From Eutreptiella sp. 'Long Island Sound 2002' (Eukaryota; Protista; Euglenida): 64,000 nucleotides of DNA. Of the stretch, positions 40,001 to 52,100 are shown piece by piece. The stretch spans positions 20,708,001 through 20,772,000 of the forward strand of contig OZ038378.1 in the NCBI GenBank assembly GCA_964036045.1, given 5' to 3'. The stretch's first letter is position 1. Every line of letters begins with the position of its first letter. The notes beneath the pieces are model-generated. The model made no database searches. It was not told the DNA's origin and saw only the letters and a program-made list of their open reading frames with translations. The translations under genes and the position numbers were made by a program.

Positions 40001-41551
40001 GGCCGCTCGGTCCTGCATGCTCAGGATCAGGCGGTGCGCCCGCATGAAGTAGGCGGCCCACAGCTCCGCGCGCAGCCCCGCCTCCGCCACCACCACCCGC
40101 GCCCTGGCCTCGCCCTCCCAATGCTCCTGAAGGGCTCGCTCGGAGGCCAGCGCCTGCGCCACCACGTCGACCCACGCCGCGCCCTCCTCCCGCATCCGCT
40201 GCATCCGCTGCTCCTTCTCGCGCTTGGCCACGACCCAGCGCTCCCGCACCCCAAGTTCCGTGGACCACTGCCGCAGCAGACGGCCCCGCTGCTCGTCCTC
40301 CAGGCGCTCGAAATCCTGCCGCTCCTCCGCCTCCGCGACCTGCGCCTTCGCCCGCCGGGCCTCCGCCAACCGGGCGGTCACCGCCAGGACCTCGCGGTAG
40401 AGCGTCCGCTCGGTGTTCGCGATCATGTGGAACACCGTCTCCTGCTCCTCCTCCAGAAGGTCCCGGAAGTCCTGGTCCTGCGCCTCCAGAAGCTGCGCCT
40501 CCGCCTGCACGCGCAGGCCCAGGGCGTGCGGGGCGAAGTCGCTGTGCCAGGCCGTCAGCTGCTCCAGCACCACCGCCTGACGGGCGTACAACTCGTACCG
40601 CTCGAAGGTGTACAGGTGCCACTGCTGGGCCTCGCGCGTCAGCACCGCGCGGTCCTCCTCCTCCTGCTGCATCACGCCGTACAGCCGCAGCGCCACAAGC
40701 CGCGTCCTCAAGGGGGCCTCCAGCTGCTGCCGTTGCTCGTGCTCACCGGCCGCGATCTCGTCGCGGATGTCACTCTCCAGATCCGAAAGCCGCTTCGCAG
40801 CCCGAGAGACCTGGCGGTCGTTCATGGCCATGAGGAGCTGCAGGAACTCGTGCTGCATGGCCTGCCACAGCTCCTCCAGCTCCAAGTGCCGCTGGTACTC
40901 CAGACTGGCGCGCGTGCGCCGCTCGTTCCCGACGGCGGCGCGGTGCAGCGCCGTCTGGAACGCGTCCATCTCCCGGTCGGCGATCAGCAGCAGGTGCGTC
41001 TCCTGTTCCCTCTGGACCCGCGCCCGCATCTCGTCCTCCTGGTCGATGACCCTCTGCCGCTTCTTAATCATGTCGGCGCGGCGGGCGAGCGTCGTCCGGG
41101 TCCACTCGGCCGAGGCCTGGGCCTCAAGGTCCAGGTGTTGTCGGGCGACCCACTCGTCCCTCGCGATGGCGTCGCGGCAGAGCTGCGCGTAGCTGGACAG
41201 CTCGTGCACCTGCTCGGGCCTCAGGCCTTGCGGCGGCTTCTTCAGGGGGTCGGCCTCTCTGACCCACTTCGGCGTGTGCGCGCGGCCCCGCGACCCCGGC
41301 CGGTCGTCGGCGGGCTGGGGGGGCCACTCCGGGAAGCACAGCCCGCACTCGGCGGTCTGATGCGCCGGGGGGGGCGCATAGGGGACCGGGGCGGCGGCGT
41401 ACCCCGGGAAGACCAGGGGGTTGGGGGTGGGGCCGCCTGCGTTCCAGTGGTACTCCTGGAGGGTCTTGGACGGCTTGTGCACGGGCTCATACCCGAACCC
41501 GCCCTGCTCGCCGACGGCGTGCCAGAACTCGTGCGTGTTGAAGTCCGCCAT
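37016..41551 (-). CDS. Large coiled-coil protein with IQ motif, ~1113 aa. Exons 41551-39524, 38918-38679, 38511-38150, 37727-37016
   Basis: Three GT..CAG introns with matching phases (0,0,2); exons sum to 3342 nt, ending in TAG at 37016-37018. Long E/Q/R/A-rich heptad regions, an IQ-like AAVQVQRVWRGVMGRRR segment and strong GC3 bias. Confidence 0.85.
39440..39510. repeat. Short intronic tandem repeat, 18-bp unit GTGTGAGAGGCAGAGGTT
   Basis: About 3-4 visible copies next to the exon-1 donor of the coiled-coil gene; a related copy lies near 39125-39165. Confidence 0.7.
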
Positions 41552-43587
41552 GAAGTCCGGTCACATGGTGATTGCTGCACGGCAACGCGGGGCAGGGGGA
41601 GGCAACACGGTAGCACGCGAAGGGGTCGTTCGGGATGGGAGGGTGTACCCAGCCCTGTACTCGGCTCATGCTGTTGCATCTGCTGCTGCTCCTGCAGCCC
41701 GACACACGACAAAGACTCAGAAAGTGAAATGCTCGATGCACCCCACATCCCTCTTGCTTGAGCACGGGCCTAGGCCAGGGTAAGCGACGGTCAGAGGGGG
41801 CATTTTCGTGCGCACAGCGCCAATTATTACGTTGTTTATCCCGGGAACACCCCTGAAAACCACCCACCCACAGAAGGATGCATGATCCATTCAAAACAGC
41901 ATGCGGTGCAGAATTCAGGACCCTGGGATCCGTGGCAAGCATTAGACTAAAAAAATAAACCCTGGTGTACCAGGATCCGTGTCTACCGGTGGTGGAAAAC
42001 AGCCGACTTTTCGCACAGCGTGCGCACAGCGCACGGTGTGCTCCCAGACGGGGATCCTGCGCTTGGACAAGGCCAGCACTGGGGCGGGGGTGTGGTGGTG
42101 CAGTGTGATATGTTGCACACCTGAAGGGGATGGGTGGGTTGGGATGTGTGCGCAGACATGGATGACGGACAGCATTGTTGACACCAGCCCAGCGACCCGC
42201 CGAGCGACCAGGCCAACCCAACCATCAACCAATGGACCGCACACAAATTTGCACCAAATTGCCGATTTGCACCACAAGGTTCATGCATTTACTTTTACTT
42301 CTACTTTTTGCACAGAAACCAGTGGCATCTTCACACCGCTTTTGCGAAGCATGTCTTGCACAATTCCTTTTGCTGGTGCACAACCAATGTGCGCCCTTGA
42401 GCATCTGATGTCCAATGGTGTGTTGGTATGAAGCGGGTCATGGGTCTTCCCCTCCCAGTCTTCCCCTCCGCACAATAAAACAGGGCGGGCATACTCCTTC
42501 CCAACAGCTGTGCCGTTCGTGCACCGCATCCAAGAGAAGAACGACGGTGAGTGCTTGCATAAGAAAAGGGTAACAGAGGGCGATCCAAAGACGTGAAACC
42601 AGTGACCGAGGCAACCGGCGGAACTGAACCGTGGGAAATGCACCTGCCCATGGGGCGCCAAGGTGCAGCCCTTGACCCCGACATCCTGTCAACATTTTGG
42701 CCCCCTGAAGTGGGTGCGGGGAGCCGGGCTGGAGTCCCGGGTACCCCAACATACATACCTCAAAGTGATCCCCTCGTCGCACTGCTTATTTCGAACATAC
42801 AGGCTGCAAGATTGGCAAAAGCTGAAAAAATATGTTCCCAACAATACGCATGGTGATGTCTGCCCAAATGGGGTTCCAGCCCTGCCTGAAAAAGACAACG
42901 CAAACGACGATTCGGAATAACCGTGTATGACATGTTCAGTGCATGTGTGCGTGCCGCCTTTTAAGCTCTGGTGCTCAAAAATGCGACCACCTACCACCTA
43001 ACACCTACCACCTACCACCCCCAACCCACACATTTCTGAAATGGCCTTTTCGCACAGATTTCAAAAAGTTTACACATACCCCCCTCTACGGAACGAAATT
43101 CTGGTGCATGGGACAAAAAATTGAAAACCCCTGAAAAAGTGTGAATTTGCCCCGCGTTGGCATATAACGGATGATCCCGAGAGATATGTGGGGCCGCAAC
43201 AGGTCATCAAAGCGCTCCACACATGCACACCCTGGTATGCATATGCAGCAATATTCGGCAGTTCCTTTCAGATGCTGTCCGTCGACGGGCTTGAGCATCA
43301 GTTAACCTACTGACCTTTGGCCGATTGGGTGCCAGCCTCAGAGCAGGGTCCTCAGGTGAAGCTGAAGCGGCCTCAGTATTGTGGAATGTAGGCTAGAGGT
43401 CTTGGCCGACAAAACACGGCCAAACAGGGAACCAGGCAGAGAAGGTTGGTCAGCCTGTACATACAGGGGGGGGAGAGGAAAGAACATCTCTGAACTTATA
43501 CCATGGTCACCTCAAACCAGACATTCCAGTGCAGCAGGAGTCAGGGAGAGAAAAAAATAGACAAGAGAAAAGAGAGCTGCCGGCGCC

Positions 43588-43672
43588 ATAGTCTACACGC
43601 CGGGCATCGAACCTACGCCCTCCGGGACGAAGCCCCCGTGCACTTCCAGTATACTGCGCTGCCGATGTGCTA
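43588..43672 (-). repeat. tRNA-derived (SINE-head-like) relic
   Basis: The minus strand reads GGCAGCGCAGTATACTGGAAGTGC..CGGGGGCTTCGTCCCGG..GTAGGTTCGATGCC, giving an A-box-like segment, a short hairpin and a B-box; the T-stem is degenerate. Confidence 0.4.
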
Positions 43673-44569
43673 CAGATATCTCTCGGGGACGTTGCCGAAC
43701 CTGCCAACTTTCTGGGTTTTCGGGGGTCGGTGCCATTGTTGCCTCATTTGTGCCCACTGAGTGTCCGGAGGTAGGGGTATGTGGGGTATATTCGGAAAGC
43801 CCTTGAAAAGGGCTATTTGGAACACCTGGGTCTGCATGCTGTACTGACAACATCTTTAAGATTTTTGTCCGTTTCGGACGGTGCATGTGTTGCTTGCTGC
43901 CTCTTTTTTTCAACAGGCAGCTGCCATGTCTTCATACAAATTCACGCCACGGGCTGCTGCTTCCCCGGATGCACCACAAAAGCCGCTGACGCGCAAAAGG
44001 GCTCGCTCTGGGGGTGCAGAGTGGGTGCAGGTTGCTTGGCATGAGCCTGGTAGCCGGGCAAAAAAGCCCCGTACCTCCCGCTCACAGCCACCCGCATGCT
44101 CCCACAAGGAGCATGACATTTCTGACGCCCGCTGAGGCCACCACTTTTGTTGCCCAGTTTTGGGATCGAAAGACGCACCCCACCAAGGCCTCGCAACATG
44201 AAATTGAAATTGAAGAAATATGTCCCTGTCCACAAACAGGGGGACGTCTGCCCTAATGGGGTCCCCGCCCTGCCTGAAAAAAGCAATGCTGACAGTGACA
44301 GTGATTCTGAATAAAAATGGATAAACGGTGCAGTGCCGTGTCTGTGTGCACCGTCCCATGTGTTGTGCTGCGCTGAAAAATGTCAACCCCTCCCCCCCAA
44401 ACCCATACATTTCTGAAATGGCGTTTTCTTGCAGATTTCAAAAAGTATACACATCCCCCCCCCCCCAGGTGACGACATGTTTGCACACGGAAGCAAAAGG
44501 TGTAGAAGGTGCCGAAAAGTGCCAAAACCCAGAAAGTTGGCAGGTTCTGAATGTCCCCGAGAGATATGT
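43673..44569. mobile_element. Non-autonomous inverted-repeat element (MITE-like), ~900 bp
   Basis: Left end CAGATATCTCTCGGGGACGTTGCCGAACCTGCCAACTTTCTGGGTTTT matches the reverse complement of 44523-44569 (CATATCTCTCGGGGACATTCAGAACCTGCCAACTTTCTGGGTTTT). A related right-end copy lies at ~43020-43190. Confidence 0.65.
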
Positions 44570-47276
44570 GGGGGGGGGGGGCTGCTGAAAAACAAATTGT
44601 TTACCCCCTGGGGGGTCGGTCCGGTTCCAGCAGCCAGGTTTGGGGGGCTGGATGGGGGAGGTCAGGGATCAGAAAACTGTTTCATGTTTGGGATACATAT
44701 TTGGATTCCCCATGAAATTCTGAGCATTTTGAGTACACACACATGGGGTACAAACAAAACGTTACCCCCCACAAAATGTAAGGAAAAAATTTCCAGCGCC
44801 TTTGGCACCAAATTCGGACCAAATGTTGTTGGGACCTTCTAAAATTGTGGCTATTTTGAGGGGACGGGTCAAGGGCTGCAGCTCAGCGCCCCCCTGCACC
44901 TGCCTAAGAAAAGTACCACTAGTGGTCAGCCCAGTGCCAGAGGACTGGGCTGACCAGACTGACCCCCCGTCCCCCTCCGAAATGGCAAAGGCACCAAACG
45001 TTGCGGAAATCACCCCCGGTGGCGTGTGGACTGCGCCGTGGTCTGTACACCACCGGCGCACATGCTCAGGACCTTGTGCCCAAAAATGGACGATTTGGTG
45101 GGGCAGCACAGCGCCCCTGCGGACAGCCCAAAGCCCCGCCCCCCCTTGTCTAAGCTACTCAAAAGTACAGAATTAATACAATCCCTACGCCTACTGTAGC
45201 CTAGACAAGGCCGTAGCTTGCACGCGACAAATACAACTATCAGCACACACGTGCGTGCGTGCAAGGTATAAGTGCACCTTAACTTCCACCCACATTCCCA
45301 AAGGCATGCAAACACAAGAACGTTTTTGGAACATGAAATTTTCAGGTTCACACCCATGTTCTCACAAGCAATTAAGCATGAGAAGCCTACAAATGTTCAG
45401 CTCGGAAACCCTTCTTGTGATCATACACCATGCGGAACAATTGCACATGCTCACCACTTGAAGATGCCTTTAAAGATGCCTTTGAAGATGCCTTTGCCCG
45501 AGGTTTAGGGGCTGGTTTGGGCTTACGCAACTTCAAATTCTTGGGAATGAAATTGCCTGGCATGACTCCATGTAATTGGCAGATTTGTTACCAAAGCCAG
45601 GTCTTATGCGGTTGCATTACATTTCGTCCCGAATTAGATTAGGTACGGAATTAATATGGCCCCTACGCCTGCCGTAGCTTGGACAAAGCCGTAGCTTAGC
45701 CATAAATCAACGATGGTCATCACCCTCCGGAATGACTCCGGGAAATCTCTCAGTTCATTGTCACGAATACGGCACCGTAGCTTAGACAAAGGGGGGGGGG
45801 GGTACAGATCGACACACAAGCCCATCTTCCAACCGCATCCCATGGCTCACTCGCTGTTCCAAATCCCAACCAAAAAGGGGGACCACAAAATGCAGGTGCC
45901 CTTGGTGCCACTTGGACAAGGCATGGTTGGCACAAGGCGGGTGAGGGGGTGTGACAACAGTGCAGTGAAAGGCAGTGCAGTGCAGACAATGGTCGTATGA
46001 CGGGCAACAGGTCAAGACGGTTGGCTGTTCGATTAGGGGTAAGGGCACCATTCAAAGCCCAGGCCCGCAATGGCCTTGGGTGGGTGAAAAGGAGAATCTT
46101 GTCTCTGTCCAAGGCTCTCAATAAACGAACAGTGCCCGGTGCGCAGTAGGCTCGCACCTCGGGCGTGCAGAACTCCGCCTCAGGCGGCACCTCAGGAGGC
46201 AACACCAACGGATCCAAACAATCCCCTGAAGACGCGTGCTGCGGCCATGGCAGGGGGGACACGACCCGGTGTGCCAACCAGCCACTGGCAGGAGGACCGG
46301 CCGCGGGAGATCCGCCATCGCGGGGTGCAGGTGCCACGGCAGACGTGTACTTCGATGTCGAAGAGGTATGCGGGTGCAAGGAGCACGGATCGCGACCCTC
46401 GGCCCGTGGTACGCGGTACACTCTCGCCACCCACCGCAGCACCACGACCACCGTGTCCTCATGCGAGAACAACACGACAGCTATCATTTGGGACAGCAGG
46501 GTCTTGACCCTCTTGGGCCATCCACCTGCGCGGACTTCATTCGATGTGATGCAAAAACGGCCGTGCCTTCCGTGCTCTGTGATATGCCAACTGCGGCGGT
46601 CTACCCCTCCACAGCTGCGGCGGTGGAGCACTTTTGCGGGGCAGGGGACCACAAAACGAGGGGGGATGGGGCGGTGGCGGGCATTATTGGCCAGTCCCAT
46701 TGAAGGCTGCATTCATGCCCCCATGACAATTCCACGTCTTTGCCCGACCACCGACTGCGCCCTTTGCTGGCGACACGCCAAGTGCGCCCCACATGCCTCT
46801 GCACAGACCCCCAATCTGAGAGTCACATGCTGCACAGTAACAGCTACAAGTCACAGCCGGTCACCACAGTGACAGCTACATCCTTCCCTAAGGGGCTGGG
46901 GTCCACTGGTGGTGGTGTAACACTCGCTCATGTTGGCCTTCTTGACTGTGTCTAACCTGAAACACATGGCACAACTGAGTCGAGAGACTGCAGTGGGTGA
47001 GTTTTGAAGAACAAGATCCAGTTACGACCCTCCATAGCTGCGAGACGCCTGTTGGGTGGTCATGAGCTGGCTAAGCAAACCATGAGGAAGTGAGGAGGGT
47101 GCACTGTGAATTCAGTCTCTTGTGGTGGCCGGTTTCTGGAGAGCTTGGCCTGCAGTGGGCTTGATAGAAGCGTTTGAACAGCACAGCACATGAGCACGTA
47201 TTCCCAGGTCAGAGAGATTTAGGAGTTGCAGAAGCCACCCAAAGAACATAGCACCTTTGCCTCGTGCATAGTAAAA

Positions 47277-47477
47277 CTATGTATGCTGTAACCATACATG
47301 CTGTAATCATACATGCTGTAACCATCTATGCTGTAACCATACATGCTGTAATCATACATGCTGTAACCATACATGCTGTAATTGTGCATGTAGCAACCAT
47401 GTATGCTGTGAGAATGCATGTAATCACCATGAATGCTGTCATCCTGCATGATGTGAACATACATGCTGTGGCCATGC
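47277..47477. repeat. 15-bp minisatellite (CCATACATGCTGTAA)n, ~13 units
   Basis: Directly visible; a more decayed relative lies at ~48240-48365. Confidence 0.85.
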
Positions 47478-49157
47478 GAGCTGATGCAAGCTGGAGCTCT
47501 CAGCGATGATACGGTGGGTCTGAACCCCAGCACAGATAAATGAATGAATGTTTGCCCAATTGTTGTCACTGGCAGATCTTTCAAAGAGGTTCGGAAGAAA
47601 CTGCAAAAGGGAGCGTTGTGGGCCCTGGGCCAAAGAGCCCGCATTCCAGAGGGAGGGAGAGGGGCTCCAAAAGGGTCCGGATGGGGCGGCAATACCGTTT
47701 CCGTATTTTGTGCTGCACATTTTGAGCTGTGATTGAAAGCCTGGCCAGTCCGAATGCCGTGCTCCCCCCATAGTGCCTTGTTACCCAGAGGCATACACAC
47801 GGTGCACACAGAGTGCCGCCTCGCGTTTTGTACCGCAAGCCCCTCCCCCCCCACTTATGTGCCCCTTGGGCGAAACTTGGGACATGTCATGCCCCGCCAA
47901 TGGCGGCTGCAGGCTGCCTCACCCGGATCTCCCTCACCTCCGTGTTGACTCTGCCAAAGGTGGGACCCTCTCCAAATATACAGCAGCACCACACATGTGC
48001 AGGGTTGCCAAGAAAGACCCATACCCCACCTGCGTGGCTGGGCCTGTGACAGCACATGGCGCCTGAACCAGTGGCTCTCTGGGTTAGCCTTAGGTGGGGC
48101 ATGAGGAATCCACCGTTCTGGGTGCTCGGGTGTCCGTGACACTGCCACGCAGACGGGGCACTGCACGGGATGAAGGGGACCATTGTTTTGGCGTCCGGGT
48201 CGCTTGGGACACCTCATCCCCAGCCCCCTCCCCCGCACGCGGTAACCATGCATCCTGGAACCACGTATACCTTTACCATGCATGCGTGAACCATGAGGCT
48301 GGAACCATACACGCTGAGACCATGCGTGTGGTAACCATGTATGCTGCAAACATAAATGCTGTCAATTTGAAGGCTGTGGGGAGCATTCAGTGTGTTAGGC
48401 CCTCCTGCATGATTGCACAGATTGCTGTTGCTGTGACTATCCACTCCCCAGGCCTTTTTTCTGAACCCAACGAATCTGGACAGCACGCCACAGCGCACTT
48501 TCCAGGGTAACAGTGAAGAAATTTAAGAAAATCTGAGAATTTCATGAACGTTCTTGCGCACCCTCTACCCCATAGCCACCTGCTGCAGCACCCTTTGGTG
48601 ACATTTCTGGTGCTTTTGGGTAGCACTACAGCTACACTCATGTGCTTCCCAAGGTGTGATCGCACACCATGCGGCGTCTCCCAAATGTGAATCATAGATG
48701 ACTTGTGCGGCCCAAGTATGCACCTACTCCATAAATTTGTGTATCGGATGGAGTCACCCAATGGGGGCCACAATAGGCACATCGCGTTGCATCATGCATG
48801 TATTAGTCATTGGGTGATTCCCCATCATTCTAAGCAGATTTCCACCTAAAAGGGACAAGAAGGGGCGAAGCTGGTGACAGGGGTGAAAGAAAATGAAGCC
48901 ATATCAAATTTTTTTCAATAAGTGACCCCGAAGTAGGTGGTACCAAACAACAACAATGCCCTATTACCACATAATAGGTGTCTCTGGCATGGCGAAGTAG
49001 GAAAATGCGCACAGAGCGCACTGTTTCCCCTTCAACCCCAAGAAGGGGAACCCAGCCTATGCTTTGTAGTGGCTTAAAATCGGGGCCGACGTCGGGAAAA
49101 ACAGCCAACGTGCACCCGTGGCCGCACTCCCCTCACCGAGATTATGATGCCGTGATC

Positions 49158-52100
49158 TTACAGCCAATTCGAATTTGCAGGCTGCATTGCCTGGGGCGGT
49201 GCTGGTGCATTCATGGACTGCGGGGGAACATTGTATGCCGTCGTGGACTGCATTGGAACACCATATGTACCCATAGGTTGCACAGGCACGCCGTAGGCAT
49301 CCATGGGCTGCTGCGGCACGCCATACGCATCCATCTGCTGCGGAGGCATGCCATACGCATCCATCTGCTGCGGAGGCATGCCATACGCATCCATCTGCTG
49401 CGGAGGCATGCCATACGCATCCATCTGCTGCGGAGGCATGCCATACGCATCCATCTGCTGCGGAGGCATGCCATACGCATCCATCTGCTGCGGAGGCACG
49501 CCGTAGGCATCCATCTGCTGCGTGCCATCGTATCCGTCCATGGGCTGCGCCATGGAATAAATCATCGGGTCAATGTACTGCGGTGCCGCAGATTGATTGG
49601 ACATGAGGTCTGGGTTGTCGTGCACATTGCCGGGTGCCGAGGAGAAGCCGAACGCAGTGTTGTAGGGCGCGCCGTTCTGAGGCTGGGGCATTCCGTAGCC
49701 CGGAGCGACACCGTCGTCGATGGGGACTGGGGGGTCACTTTCAAGCTCAAGGGTCTTGGGGGCAGGGTCTGCTGCAGAGGCCTCCTTAAAATCGAGCTCA
49801 GGGTCCGGGCCTGGGGGCTCCTCCGGCTCCAAATCTGCAGCTGCTGGTGGCACTTCCGCAATCATCTGCCTGCGCTTCTCCTCGTGCTTCACATACAGAT
49901 AGACCAGACAGGTGCACAGGCAGCACAGGGGAATTGCAAGCAGGGCCAGCAGACCCCAGAGACTTTGGTTGCTCTCGTCACCACTTGGCTCGAGACTGGG
50001 ACTGGGACTGGGACGGAGATTGGGACTCGGGCTCGGGGTTGTCTCTGCCGCGTCAAAGACATGCACGCCAGCAAAAGCCGAGGTGTGGTTGGCAACGACC
50101 AGGAAATCCCCATCGGAGAGCCGTACCACAGACCCGCCCTCGCGCACCACACTCACCCCCGGAGAGGACGTGTCTGTGTACGAATACACCTCCAGAGAAG
50201 TCGCGTTATTCCCCGGCACGCGAAACGTGATGTTAGGAGTGTTGAACGCCGTCAGTATGAAGAAGGTCATGTCGGGGTCGCTGCCTGCAACCATGCGGTC
50301 CACGCACATGAGGAAGCTGTAGCGCTTGCCGTCCTCCGGGGTGATCCCGATGACGTCGAACGAGGCGGGGTTGGGGAAATACGCCGTGACCGCGGCCTTG
50401 GTCACCTTGTCCCCCCAGTCCAAGAACTCCACCGCGGCATCGGCGCCGTCCCAGGGCATCAGGATGGGCATCTGGAACCCCGCGGCCGAGGCCGTCTCCA
50501 CGATCGCCTGGTGGTAGTCGGGCAGCGACAGCAGGTCGGTGACGCCACTGGGGGGCGCGTCTGTCAGGCCCATGTCGCCGTTGTAGACCAGGGACGCCAT
50601 GGCCTGGCAGCTCATGTTCTGCACCGTGTGCAGCGCGAAGGGGAAGGCCCCGTACTTCGACGCCCAGTACGCGATCTTCTCCGCATCCGTGGCGCCGGCG
50701 TCCAGAGGCCCCCCGGGCAGCCCGATGGTGTACTGCGTCACCGCCCACCCCAACGCCTCACAATCCGTCGCCAAGAGCTTCCCCGCCTCCGCCCCACTCA
50801 AGTACATCCCCACGCACTCCATCCCGGCCGCCGGCTGCCCCGCCGCCCACAGCGGCCGCAGGTCCTCGAGGCTGACACGCTCCCCCAAGACCCCCTCGGC
50901 CTTGAAGTAGTACCACACGCCGGCCCCGAGCTGGCGGACCCCGGTCCATGCGAACGCCGGGGCCGTCCCGACGCCGGCCGCGGGGTCCGCCACGAGGGCC
51001 TGCACGGCCTCCGCCACCGCCTGGAGCTCCGCGGTGGCGTCGCTGTAGAGGGGCTCTCCGCACGCGTAGACGTTCGCGAACGTGCACAGCCACCCCCGGC
51101 CGTCCAGCGTCCGGAGGTTCGTCTGGAGGACGTCCACGACCGTGGCGTTGGCCCAGGTCGTCAGCTCCGGGACCAGCTCGTAGAACGCGAGGGTCTCGTT
51201 GCGGGCCCCGAGGGACTGGGCCTCCCCCGCAAAGAGGAACCGGCGGCAGTACCACCCCGCCACGTCCGCGTCCGCCAGCGGCCCCACCGACTTCACGTAC
51301 CCGGCCCGGCACACGCACTTGCCGGCGACGCACTCGGCGGTGTGGTGGCACGTGAGGCCCCCGCAGACTGTCTCGTTGGGCGGGTTCGTCACGGTGTCGT
51401 TGATCCACTGCCCCCAGTACGGCACGCTGGTGTAGTACTGGGGGATGTACGCGTCCCCGCAGCCCCGCGCGTGCGACACGAGGCCCACCTGCTCGTACCC
51501 GACGGGCGACGACGCGCTCGGCAGCACGATGGGCCCCCCGCTGTCGCCCTGGCAGACGTCCGGCTGCGGGTATGAGCCGTTGGAGCCGGTGATCACGAAC
51601 GCCTCGTAGTTGTATACGCTGCGCTCCGTTGTGTCCTTGGGGTAGCACGTGGGGACCTGGGGCTTGCGGGCGTTGTACCGCTCGGCCGTGGCGTCGCTGA
51701 TGACGTGCACGGTGGCCTCCTGCAGGTCGTCCGGGAGGGAGAACGGGGGGGACGCCTCGTTGAAGGCGTACGCGGTGGTGGAGCCCCAGCCGGTGATGCG
51801 CAGGGCCGTGCCGGCGGAGGGGCGCGCGGTGGCCAGAGGGATCGCCGTGGGGCCGTACGGGCCGAGAGGCAGGGGGGACTCCAGGAACAGCAGGGCGATG
51901 TCGACGCCCTCCGACAGGGAGATCACCCCGGCCCACTCCGGGTGGACGTAGATCTGCTTCACGTAACGCACGATGCCGGGGCCGCGGGTCGCGTTCGTCT
52001 CGCGCTTTGTGGTGTTGGCCCGGACCCATAGGGGCTGGGCCGCGATGCCGGCGTTTTGGATGCAGTGGGCGGCGGTCAGGACCCACTCAGGCGCGATGAT

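Noticed and set aside
39212-41761. 849-aa plus-strand ORF (and 39684-40622)
   Set aside because: Shadow frames of the GC-rich coiled-coil exon 1.
34268-43672. Functional tRNA genes at 34268-34352 and 43588-43672
   Set aside because: Acceptor and T stems do not pair; kept only as tRNA-derived relics.
45750-46872. 320-aa and 235-aa overlapping ORFs
   Set aside because: No recognisable domain; the GC-rich text looks like a decayed retroelement but no diagnostic motif was found.
48978-51575. 865-aa plus-strand ORF (and the 442-aa ORF 50758-52086)
   Set aside because: Antisense and alternative-frame shadows of the GC3-rich protease gene; no recognisable motifs.
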